A DNA stretch of 62,979 bases, the filler included, from Octopus bimaculoides (Eukaryota), in the NCBI RefSeq assembly GCF_001194135.2. It is 4 parts of 3 records of this genome, joined end to end, with 100 filler letters (N's around TTAATTAATTAA, not from the genome) between each part and the next. Parts side by side here need not be neighbours in the genome. Positions count along the whole stretch, not along the records: positions 18,239 to 48,169 come from NC_068983.1; positions 48,270 to 60,137 come from NC_068995.1; 2 more parts are not named here. One strand, given 5' to 3'. Shown here piece after piece: positions 41,448 through 53,079 of the stretch. Below the pieces are notes generated by a model, which was not told the origin of the DNA, did not search any database, and saw only the letters and a program-made list of their open reading frames with translations. The translations under genes and the position numbers were made by a program. Position 1 is the stretch's first letter, and each line of letters opens with the position of its first letter.

Positions 41448-41624
41448 NNNNNNNNNNNNNNNNNNNNNNNNNNNNNNNNNNNNNNNNNNNNNNNNNNNNN
41501 NNNNNNNNNNNNNNNNNNNNNNNNNNNNNNNNNNNCACATATATAAGGAATAATATATTCTGTGTTGTTAATTCGATATGTGAAAAAAATAATATCGTAG
41601 TTTGGTAAAAAGATAGATAGATAA

Positions 41625-41984
41625 TTTACTTGTTTCAGTTATTGGACTGTGGCAATGCTGGAGCACAGCGTTGAAGGGTTTTAGTCGAACAGATCACCCT
41701 CTGTATCTATTTTTAAGTTTGATACTAATTCTGTCCGTGACCTTTGTCGAAACACTAAGCTACGGAGAGGTAAACAAAATAGGACCTATTGTCAAGCAAT
41801 AGCGAGAGACAAACATCGACACAAACAGGCTTATAAACATACACGAGCGCTCATATACACATACACGACGGGCATTCACACAGTTCCCGTTTACCAAATT
41901 TAGTTATGCGCCGCGTAATATGACTGAACCCGAAACCGCCTTATTGCAAAGTGACCTTCTTAACCACACAGCCATACCTGCGCC
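41625..41984 (-). mobile_element. Diverged near full-length tRNA-derived SINE (family of 26101)
   Basis: rc head GGCGCAGGTATGGCTGTGTGGTTAAG..GGGTTCAGTC; tail ..GCTCCAGCATTGCCACAGTCCAATAACTGAAACAAGTAAA. Confidence 0.8.
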
Positions 41985-42152
41985 TGTTTATAAGAAATGA
42001 TGAAATGTCGCTAAAGATGAGAAAACTGACAAAAATAAGACGGTGATGTTGTTTGGGGAAACAAGAGATAAGAAAAAAAGAACGAGAGTGTGAGGTTGAA
42101 TAAAAGAAAAAGATAGTCGACTGCGTTAAGATGTATAGAAAGATCGTTAAAC

Positions 42153-42311
42153 TGTTTATAAAATTCGATAATTAGAATGATAGCATTGTTTAAGTAAACA
42201 AACGAATCTGTTTGTTGATTAGTTGAGACAAATATGGTTACTCTCAGCTAATTAACAATCGTTTGTTTACTTAAACAATGCTAACACTCTAATTGTCGAA
42301 TTTTAGAAACA
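42153..42311. mobile_element. Foldback/MITE-like hairpin, about 160 bp
   Basis: Perfect 25-bp arms TAGCATTGTTTAAGTAAACAAACGA (42181-42205, 42259-42283), extended outward and inward with few mismatches. Confidence 0.8.
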
Positions 42312-42342
42312 AAGTAATGATCTTTCCACAAACAGAGTCTTG

Positions 42343-42475
42343 AGGCGGTGAATTGACAGAATCATTTACGCATCGGATAGACTGTCACGTGGTATTAGCT
42401 CTGTCAACCTGCACTCTGAATGCCTTGAATGCAACTAATTTTGTGATCGAATTTACATTTCATCCCTTAGGTAGA
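42343..42475 (+). mobile_element. Old SINE fragment (family of 28572)
   Basis: GGCGGTGAATTGACAGAATC head and TTTCATCCCTTAGG body. Confidence 0.6.
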
Positions 42476-42851
42476 GAATTACCACAAACAAATGACCAGC
42501 AAATTACTAGCGACGTCCCACTTCTCTCTCTCTCTCTCTCTCTCTGCTTCTGTCACTCTTTCTCTCCCCCTTTCTCTCCCCCCTTCCTTCTCTCTCACTA
42601 TCAATATCGGCTACGTTGTAGTTACTAAGAAAGGCTTCTTTACATCAAGATCCTAGAATTCTTTTCATCAATACTTGAACATAGTTTTGACAAACTTCCT
42701 TTTCCCCTTTTGCCCACGCTAACACTCATTACTTCTGCCTCTTCTAAGAAGAGCCGATCGTCTAATTTGCCTTTCATACTCTTTTCTGTTTTGATAACAT
42801 TTCATCATTTCGTTGATTTTTCTTCNNNNNNNNNNATATATATATATATAT

Positions 42852-43131
42852 AAAGGAGACCACTATGTGGACTGTTAATGTGCTAGAAGATCACATGTAA
42901 TGCGTCTACTATGACCGAATTGTTCTCAAAGGAAATTTCCTGGTAAGGAAATATTAATTTCGAAACTGGTTTGCGGATAACTTTGTATGTATTTGTGTAA
43001 TTTTTTACTTGTCTTGCCCGTATACGTTTTGTTGTTTCGCTAAATTTCCTTTGAGAACAATTCGGTCTTAGTAGACGCATTACATGTGATCTTCTTCTAG
43101 CACATTAACAGTACACCTAGTGGTCTCCTTT
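42852..43131. mobile_element. MITE with about 87-90 bp TIRs inserted in (TA)n
   Basis: Arms 42852-42938 and 43042-43131 differ by 3 substitutions and one 3-bp indel; 103-bp spacer; TA repeats on both sides. Confidence 0.9.
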
Positions 43132-43273
43132 ATATATACATATACAATAATCCTTTGAGATCACGGATATTTTTTCTGTATCTCCTTGATTCTTTTAATG
43201 TGCTTGTTCCCTGGTATTAAATTGATATTAATTAATATCCAATTTTTCGCCCTACTGTTTTATAATATATGTA

Positions 43274-43800
43274 CAGGGTGCAGTGAATAAACTGTCGTCT
43301 AAATTACGCAGAAGCGAAAAGAACACTAACATTTCACTTTAACAGGTATATTTACCAAAATTACATAAAAATATCTTGAAATACTAAAGAGTAACTGTAT
43401 TCATTAAATCGCCATTGCCTTAAACCACGACCTCCAAACGACTTCGGAATCTCCTGCAACTCTTCTGAACAGTCTCCTTGTTTAAGTTGATGAATGCTGC
43501 CATAATCCTTGTTCATCTTTGGTGTTACAAGGAGTTTTCTTGGTCTCTCGCTCAACTTCTCTCTACACGCGATAATCAAGGGAGATGCAGTCTGGGGAGT
43601 TAGGTGGTCAGACGTTAGGGGTGATGTGGTCGCAGAAATTGTCTGACGGCCACGACTGGGTTCTCCTGCTTGTGTAGATGGTGCAGTGTCCTGTTGCCAG
43701 ACATAGGGTCTTCCAGCAGGCACTTGATGTAAGCCTCTGAGTTCTGTTTGAGGCCGTGTGGGAAGATAAATGGAGGCATCATTAGTGATCATTTCAAGGT
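43274..43800 (-). mobile_element. maT-like (DD37D) relic, 3' half
   Basis: TA|CAGGGTG terminus; frameshift-corrected AGRPYVWQQDTAP..PPNSPDCISLDY gives 37 residues between Asps. Confidence 0.82.
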
Positions 43801-44868
43801 GAAGTCGTTTTCAACTGGTACACCTATGACTGAAATATATAAATACGAGGCAATCAATTCCATGCTTCTCGTTTATACATCCTAACTTGTTCAGATCTAC
43901 TGCGCAGGCGCAGCTCTTAGCCGTCAATAAAAAATGCCAACTTTTAAAATTCGAAAATTATCCCAAAAACTTATAATACTAAATTATATCAAAGGGAAAT
44001 GGAAATTGATAAAAATGTTCACTTCCAAGTGGCCTAGCGTATAAAAGTTTAGTCTAAAGACTATGAATTACTCATAAGGTACAGTGTATATTTAAATACA
44101 TAAGAAGAATTTTACTATGAAAACACTTGGTTTCTCTTCAGAGATAATAAACATTGATTTCTTATTTCCATGACTCAGTAAAGCACCCTGATTATCCTCG
44201 GGTCTTGAGAGATTAATTGAAGATATTAATAACTTCGTAAGGAACAGAACAATAACCCCATATTTCCATTACTTCCCTACAACATAGATAGATACTCATG
44301 CCTAATCAGGAAATAACAAAACTTGGTATTTGTCTAAAACGAAATCCATTGAGACAGAGATATCCCCTAAATAGATTGTAATACTATACGGAAACCATCT
44401 TAGACGTTGTAGGAAGAAATATTCTCAGCTCTTCATTATTAATTCAGGTTTATCTTCAGTGAAATAACAAGAACATACAGTTATGCAGATTCACCAAAGA
44501 CTTGGAGGTCTTGTTTAGTTTTTCAACTTGTAACCTTAAGCTCCCTATTCAACTATGCCTCTAATATCAATCCTATCATACAGATAGTTGTCTTTCTTTA
44601 AAAATAAAAACAAAAATCTAATAACTGAAGATTTTGTTTTTATATTGTCAAAATGTATTTTGCTATTAGACAAATTAAAAACTGCTGCATTGAGTTTCCT
44701 ATAAAACGAAACATTTTCTTATCGACATAACCTAAAACATAACATAATATTTGTTTTTGTGTTTATATATTGAAATTCTTTCTTCCCAAGAAATCAGCGG
44801 CTTCAACAGATATAGCTATCAAGCAAAAATTTTGTAATTGCAACAAGTCATAATTTATCATGATTATC

Positions 44869-45039
44869 ATTTCTTCTTCTTCTTCTTCTTCTTCTTCTTC
44901 TTCTTCTTCTTCTTCTTCTTCTTCTTCTTCTTCTCCTCCTTCTTCTCCTCCTCCTTCTCCTTCTTCTCTTCCTTCTCCTTCTCCTGCTTCTTCTTCTCCT
45001 TTTCCTCCTCCTCCTCCTTCTTCTTCTTCGATTTATTAA

Positions 45040-45092
<53 letters not shown>
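44869..45092. repeat. (TTC)n/(TCC)n then (TTA)n microsatellite
   Basis: Read directly from the sequence. Confidence 0.97.
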
Positions 45093-45094
<2 letters not shown>

Positions 45095-45632
45095 TAAACA
45101 CACAAAAAAATCCCAGTTGACTTTCGTCTGACGAAAATTACGATAAACGTTAAAAATAACAAGATGCAAATGAAACAACAAATGAAAAATTATCAGAATA
45201 AAAATAGCTGAATAAAATACGAGTCGGAAAATAATACCAGATACTTAAAACATATTGGAACAATTTGAATCGTGTCTAATGGCCAATATGTTCAGTTAAC
45301 AAAAACATAGAAACGTCAGATAACGCAAAGAAGAAAGAAAAAAACAGGAAAAAAATAAATGTTTGTACCTCACCGTTTAATCTCATTTGCTGATTAAAAG
45401 ATAAAAATAATAAACACATTTATTTGATTCCTGTATGGAGCTTGACCAGAAACATAAGAGAAAATTTATAGATTGCAGAGTAAATGAGTTCATAGCAATA
45501 GTTAACAGGATTAAGCTTATGCTAGTACTGTAATTGTTGTTTTGTTTAACACCAAGACAGGCTTAACCTAGCTTGTCTATGATCAAAAGCGTTCCAGCCA
45601 TGATCATTCCGTCTTTATTTGTTCAAACATAC

Positions 45633-46360
45633 TGTTGTATGGGGAATCTGTAGACCCTCGTGATTGGCTAAGTGAACTATACTAGTTAGCATAAATGAGC
45701 ATGTGCAGAACAGTCTGAGAAGAGTGTCATATGTGCAGTCATAGTGTACAGGTCGTAGGAATTATTGAATAGAGATTTCGTGGAGCGCTTGTTGAAGATA
45801 CACAGTTGGAGAGTAATAAGAGAGTATCAGAAACGTTTAATATTATAACAGTTCAGATATAACAGTGACGGCGAGAAGTCGCATGTCAAATCAGTAGCGA
45901 CGAGGATACTTTCCACTGTATAACGGTGTCGTTATAACAGTGGCAGCGAGGTTACGAACGCCCGTAGGAGTGTCGAAATGGAAGAATGTGAAGCAACAAC
46001 AGTTACAGCAGAAGCGGCTATCACAACCACAGCAAGAATACCGTGAACAGCAACAACAACAACAACAACAGCTAAACCAGAAGTTGATAGAGTTATTGCT
46101 ACAATCCAAGAACGCAGCGGCGTCGTATTCGGCGGATGGAGTAGCCAACTCCATTGAAGAATTCCTGTATAATCCCGAAGATGGGATTACATTCTCTTCG
46201 TACTATAGAAGGTATGAAGAAATATTTAAAGAGGAGTGCAAAGGCTGGACAAACGAAAAGAAGGTAGGACTTCTTTTTCGTAAACTAGCTCTATCAGAGT
46301 ACGGGAAATACTGCAACTTTATTCTATCCAAAAAGCCGCCAGAAATGTGTGGTTTAGTAA
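45633..46360 (+). mobile_element. Ty3/Gypsy LTR retrotransposon 5' stub (LTR, PBS, partial gag)
   Basis: TGTTGTAT..TATAACA LTR-like segment (45633-45864), then PBS-like GTG(G/A)C..CGAG motifs; gag-like ADGVANSIEEFLYNPEDGITFSSYYRRYEEIF..LLFRKL..YCNFILSKKP. Confidence 0.8.
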
Positions 46361-48131
46361 TGTCTCAGTAGTTTAGTAAAATAAGAAATTATCCTATTGT
46401 GTTTGGCGATTCCAAACATAAAATTGGGGTTTGAATAAATTAAGCTGCCACAACTTCAAATACTTGGAAGTGTATCTCTTGTTTTACAGGGCTCGCCATT
46501 ATTCAATGGTAACATATTCACAGAAATCCACAAGTACTTTTAAATTAACCACTAACGTATATTATAATGACTAATTTTAATTCATCGCTAATTTTCAATA
46601 AATAAGCGAGGACTTAGATTAATCAGTAATTTTAAAAGTAATTCAGTTAAAACTGATTTCTTCTGCTTTAAAATTGAAAACATAAACTCTGAAATCCCTT
46701 CGATATGCATGCCGGGTTGTCAGACCTATGTTAATATGTTGCACTAGTTCCAATGGGCCCAGATTCCGGTATATTATCCACTTTCTCCTGTTCATTCTGA
46801 GCTACGACAAGATAATGTCCTAAACGTTAATGAAAAATTAGTGATGCATATATGTAAAAACCCATAAAGCTGCGCACAATTTTGCTATTTAAATTCAGCT
46901 TCTAGATAAGAGGGCAAGACTATCTAGTTGATACCTCCCCAAATAATCTAGTTCATTTTTAAAGCTTTAATCAAAGGAGGAAGGGCAGCGCCAATGGCAT
47001 ATTTCAGGGTCTCTTAGAGTATAAGAGTGAAAAGGAGAAAGAAGCTACACATAATGGCTTATTCTCTGAACAGATATAAGGCCTGAATGTTTGCAAGATA
47101 TTTATCGTTGTTAAAAGTACAAAAAGGTCATCTGGTTGGTAGTGTTAATTTTTTTTTTTTTTTTGCGTCTACCTCCAAAATTTGGTCCTTCCATCCAACA
47201 ATGTGAATGCACAATTAGTGTATTCACATTGTTAGGCAATACACATTTAGTCACAATGTCAAAACCGGTAGTCTTGTTGGTTTAAAGCTATAAGGGTTAC
47301 TTTCACCTTGTGGTGTACATGTAGGTGGTGGTGGGCCTGGTGGAGAGAGAAGTACTGGAATTTTCCTCTATGAGATAAGCAGTATTGATAGGGTTTAAAA
47401 CAAGAAAAGAAAATGAAGGGGTTTTTTTCTGATAGAGAATCGCTTACTAATCCATTATGGGATTATTGGAGAAATCACTTTCTACGATGATGTGTACATT
47501 GTATCCAGAGTCACATGATTGCGAACTTCTTAACAAAGTGGCTCTGTGGTCAACCTTGCTTCGGGCAGTTTAGCTTACTCGTGTTAACTAGCACGAGACA
47601 TGTTACACAGGCGAGAACTGCAATCCATCATAAATTACATTCTGCGGTAGTCTGGTTCTCATTCTAAACACCTGAGTAAAGTGATCTTCGATAAAGTGCT
47701 GCAGCCATGTCAGTTTTGGAGGAGTTCCCTCAACTGGAGACGAGAAATGCAGAAAGACAGTGGTTATGAGCTTTTTGTTTACAACAGAGACTACTCTCTG
47801 AAGGCACCTAAAGACGAGATGGATGTGTTAATGAGAGTGAAACAAAAAGAACTAGTTCAAACGCAAAATACAATTCAGTTGAACGCGAGACCTCAGAGAT
47901 AGAAGTCCAATCACTAATCTATACTGTAAGTCTTCCTTTCACAACACCCACTGATGATGATAAAAAAATGTATTTCTGAAAATAATATCCATTTGATGTG
48001 ACTGTAAAACAAATATTTATAATTTCAGAGTTTCTTTTTTAAAATATTTTACTAATTTTCTTACATTTTCAAATATTATTCCATTACATCTGTAGCTGGA
48101 TCTGTACGTGTACATTTGTTGGTATGTGTGT

Positions 48132-48169
<38 letters not shown>

Positions 48170-48269
48170 NNNNNNNNNNNNNNNNNNNNNNNNNNNNNNN
48201 NNNNNNNNNNNNNTTAATTAATTAANNNNNNNNNNNNNNNNNNNNNNNNNNNNNNNNNNNNNNNNNNNN
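48170..48269. other. Artificial scaffold linker: 44 N + TTAATTAATTAA + 44 N
   Basis: Exactly 100 bp, same as 18139. Confidence 0.95.
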
Positions 48270-48788
48270 CTCACCCCTCCTTAATTCTTCAGTCCCTCTG
48301 CCTCTACCTCTCTCTCTTCTCTCCCTACGTGACCGGTGTTCGGCCAAGCCTGATCTTTCTTTCTTGGTGCGGCCGTCGTCCGTGTAACACCTCCCTGTGC
48401 CAGTGAAATCTTGTATCCCTGCCGTAATGTTTTGTTTCCACACACGCAGCTTAATTTAATTCGTCCTTAGTCGAAAGACACCTCTTGTTATGTCCTGTTA
48501 TTTGTATTTGTGAAATATTCTGTTTTTTTTTCCGTCCCTGTTTTCGTATACATTCGCTGCTTTCTTACAAGGAATCTAATGTTCCAACTTAGTTTTTCCT
48601 TGGGGCTGTCAAGATTGGAACAATCTCGAATATAACCACCCGAAATTGCAAAGATAATCTTGAACTCGACTGAGGAAAGGAATCTCCGAATGACCCATCG
48701 TTGTTTTCTTTGTATCGTCTGTATGTTTTGTTGTCCCTTTTTTGCGTCACCTAATTGTCTGGATGCTTTGCGTTTTTGTCCCATTTTG

Positions 48789-48828
<40 letters not shown>

Positions 48829-49215
48829 CAGAAATGTACTTGCATAGCAAGTGACTTGATCAAAGATCGTGTGCTGAAACAAAAAAAAAGAAGAGTGGAT
48901 GGTGTTTATAAGACATTTTAAAACAAAATAAACCGTTAGATCCACCTCGATATTTAAATTTAGATTATCAAAATATTTTCGTCGTTTTCAAACCGCGACN
49001 NNNNNNNNNNNNNNNNNNNNNNNNNNNNNNNNNNNNNNNNNNNNNNNNNNNNNNNNNNNNNNNNNNNNNNNNNNNNNNNNNNNNNNNNNNNNNNNNNNNN
49101 NNNNNNNNNNNNNNNNNNNNNNNNNNNNNNNNNNNNNNNNNNNNNNNNNNNNNNNNNNNNNNNNNNNNNNNNNNNNNNNNNNNNNNATATATATATATAT
49201 ATATATATATACATA

Positions 49216-49448
49216 CAGGGTTGGGCAAAAGTCACCCGACAGTAAATCAAAATTCCATAAACATTATCTCTTATTCTGTATTGACTCGAATGTAAAAATG
49301 TGTCACTCAAGACGGACTTCAGTTTGAACAATTCTCATGATGTTTCATATTCAGATGCTTTTATTAAATTAATTGAGTTGTCAAACATAAATAGATCTTG
49401 GAATTAAATGGTTTTGTTTTACTGTCAAATAACTTTTGGCGAACCTTA
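49216..49448. mobile_element. Decayed Tc1/mariner-type MITE
   Basis: TA|CAGGGTTGGGCAAAAGTCACCCGACAGTAAA versus the rc of the right end TAAGGTTCGCCAAAAGTTATTTGACAGTAAA (23/31 identical). Confidence 0.65.
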
Positions 49449-50755
49449 GAATTCGCACTTAAGTCATTTGTAATGTATGACCACTTATGTCAGTGCGAAT
49501 TTTAAGAATTTAAACAAGACTTTCTACTTAATTAGAGACGGCTTCTAAGCGTTTTAGCTAAGATCGTTTTCTTTTTTTTATCTTTTTTTTACTTGGGAAG
49601 AGAATTCAACGACGAGAATTAAGGCTTCGAAAATCAACTGACGCTTCTCCTGGACTTAAATGCCTACTGATGATCGGAAATTAAAGACCTCATTTCTGTA
49701 TCATACCAACATTCAAAGGTCTTGCATGGGTTATGCAAAATTTTACTTTCATCTGAGTTGACTTGCAAATAACAAGATAAGCATTAAGTTATATTTAGAC
49801 GATTGGTTCGAATGTGTGATAGGCAAATTATTTGAGAATAACTTTCAAACAACTTATGAAATCAATTGCTATAGAGGTTAATCCCATATTTAGGGGATCA
49901 TGTATGTTTTGGATAACATAACTGAGTTAAGTTAAACCATCAGCTCTGAAATTCTTAATGCTCAGAAAATTATATAGTTAGCCTGTATCCGTGAGTTTAC
50001 TATTTTTCCACAAGATTAAAAAAGAAACTATATAAAATTAAAGATACTGCGACACTTGCAAAGTATGTAGGGTTTGAACGATGATGTAGTTTATTTGCCA
50101 GTGCTCTAAACAGAATTTTTATTTGATGAGATGATGTCGTTAGAACAAAGTCCTGCTGAGAAAATACAAATCCACCAATTGTACTTAAACTGCATTTGCT
50201 GAATAAAGGGTTGGCACTTATAAAGGAAAGGCAGAAAATATTTGGTGAAAAGAAATGGAATTATGAACGAAACACAAACACTACGCAAGGATTTGCACAT
50301 TGAGCTTGGCTCCTACACTTAGGTGTACACAAAATATAATGCAGTTTAAGATATAAAAGTTTGGGTAGCAAACCTTTTACTGCAGAGTCACAATTTCCCT
50401 ACATACATATGTGTGTGTGTGCTCGTGCGTGCGTGTGTGTGAACGTGTGGGGCTACTAATGTGCGAGCGTGGGAGTAATTATGTCTATACGTATAAGTGT
50501 TTGTGTAATAATTGTCTTCTGAACATCTTGACAAGCAGAGTTGATGTGTTTGCGTCACCAAGTTTGACACTATAGACGGAATAAGTACTAGAGCTAAAAA
50601 CATAATTTGTGGGATTGATTTCAGAGACGAAAATATTCAGCGTTTGTCCGAGCATAAGAGCAGTCAAATAGATTAAGCAAGAAAAAGAAAATAAGACAAA
50701 ATACTTCTCTTACTATGTATATGAATGCCTGCATGTCTGCTTACTGCTATTAGAA

Positions 50756-50864
50756 TAAATTCAGTCGTAGCATATGCGAGCCTGATACCTAAATTCAGTC
50801 GTAGCATATGCGAGCCTGATACCTAAATTCAGTTGTAGCATATGCGAGCCTGATACCTAAATTC
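50756..50864. repeat. 34-bp minisatellite, 3.2 copies
   Basis: TAAATTCAGTCGTAGCATATGCGAGCCTGATACC x3 with one C>T change; no spacers. Confidence 0.97.
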
Positions 50865-52451
50865 GGAGTAATGGTGACGAATTGTTGGGATATTTAAAAC
50901 AAAACCTTGTCTATGGAGCTCATTTCAATTTTCCTTTGCACGTACACATGTATGATTATGATTATATATAATTATCAATTACGTATGTGTCGGTATTATA
51001 TGCATGTCTGTGTGTATGTTTACTGCTGGACCCAATTCTTCCAGTGAAATCTATGAGCATTCCCGGCTTTAATACTACTTCAGATCATCTTGGAAAATCC
51101 ACACCATGTGAGTGGAGCCGGATAGACGGAAACCGACCAGAAATCTAGCGGATGTATTGCACCTGTAATGCAAAGTATACAGATTTACCAAATACACTCA
51201 GGTTGATTATACCTGGCGATTATATTAAAGGATACGTATCTCTGGAATGCTCAGTCATATACACATTAATTCAGTAAGGAATATCTTTTGAGTAATTGAT
51301 ATCTCCCGGGAGTGTGACCCCGGTTCAAGAGTTTCAGGTTTTTGTGGTGTGCGGAAACAATTCATAGTCACTATTTTTCCTAGGCCTACACTGACCTGTA
51401 GTAGTAGCACCTGTGATGGTTTCAGGTATGGGCTAATTAGTATATGAATAATTACCTACCTATGTGTGTTAAGAGTGGATCCAGTGGGCGCCGCTTTTGA
51501 CTGAGAGACACGTGGCAGCAACAAAGGTACACAGGGCAAGACGAAGCAGTACACAGGGTGAGATGAAGCATGTATAAACAATCAATCATCCACTACATCG
51601 GACCAAAGACAACTTGACATAGCCTCGTCACTGGATTGAAGATGGTCGCGGACGAATGAAAGAGGTTGACGGTTTGTAATTCATCACTTGAAGGAGAATC
51701 ACCGTGCAAGTCAACAGTCATTCTTAGAACGACTACAGTATCAATGTCAACTGAAGAACTGATTCCTCATCGCCAAACGATAGTGCTCCACCTGACATAC
51801 ACATGTAAAACTAGCTACTTTGATAAAATGATGTACAAATAGCGAGAATATGATAACACATATATGGTTATTTAGATTAGTTATGTCACGATTGATGCCT
51901 CTATACCCACGCAGTATTTTCTGCTTTCAATCTGAAAATATATTCTGAATATTCAAATACTATGCACATATCTACACCGTGGTGCATCAATGTAGCTTGC
52001 AATACACTATTGTACTACGAAGAAAAACAAATCAATTAAAATAAGTGCAGGATATGTGAGATATATACACATGTAAACACCTAGGTTGACAGATAATCAA
52101 TTTGGTTTTTAAACAGCAATCTTTTATAATATATAACATTCATATTTATAATGTTGTATATTAGGATATAACATAAAGTTTCAGGTGATTATCTTGTACA
52201 ATATTTTATGTTTATATGTTCACCACTCAGAAGCATAAAACTACGTATTAATAAAGCTAATAATTGTATACACCATATTTCTATAAGAGTGAACACAGTG
52301 TATGCAGATTACACGCTCTGAAACTGAATTAATTCTTCTGATGATAGATATAGGCGTCGTTAAGAGAGTAAGAAATTTGGAAACTATTGTTGAAGGCAAA
52401 AATATAGCTGTTAATATATGTTTCATATGCATAGATGATACATGAAGCATA

Positions 52452-52486
<35 letters not shown>

Positions 52487-52973
52487 NNNNNNNNNNNNNN
52501 NNNNNNNNNNNNNNNNNNNNNNNNNNNNNNNNNNNNNNNNNNNNNNNNNNNNNNNNNNNNNNNNNNNNNNNNNNNNNNNNNNNNNNNNNNNNNNNNNNNN
52601 NNNNNNNNNNNNNNNNNNNNNNNNNNNNNNNNNNNNNNNNNNNNNNNNNNNNNNNNNNNNNNNNNNNNNNNNNNNNNNNNNNNNNNNNNNNNNNNNNNNN
52701 NNNNNNNNNNNNNNNNNNNNNNNNNNNNNNNNNNNNNNNNNNNNNNNNNNNNNNNNNNNNNNNNNNNNNNNNNNNNNNNNNNNNNNNNNNNNNNNNNNNN
52801 NNNNNNNNNNNNNNNNNNNNNNNNNNNNNNNNNNNNNNNNNNNNNNNNNNNNNNNNNNNNNNNNNNNNNNNNNNNNNNNNNNNNNNNNNNNNNNNNNNNN
52901 NNNNNNNNNNNNNNNNNNNNNNNNNNNNNNNNNNNNNNNNNNNNNNNNNNNNNNNNNNNNNNNNNNNNNNNNN

Positions 52974-53019
<46 letters not shown>

Positions 53020-53079
53020 GCGCATGTGTGGGTGTGTAGCTGCCTCTCTCCTATATATATATACATACATAGATCGCTA

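Noticed and set aside
45125-45152. CTGACGA..AAACGTT hammerhead-like string
   Set aside because: G12 is missing, stem II is only 2 bp and there is no stem I.
45374-45389. 16-nt minus-strand microexon with good splice signals
   Set aside because: Such motif pairs occur by chance in AT-rich DNA; no corroboration.
47681-47930. Plus-strand ORF near a GTAAGT donor
   Set aside because: The frame open at the donor has an upstream stop and no convincing acceptor.
50756-50864. CRISPR-like repeat
   Set aside because: Units are contiguous with no spacers, there are no cas genes and the context is eukaryotic.
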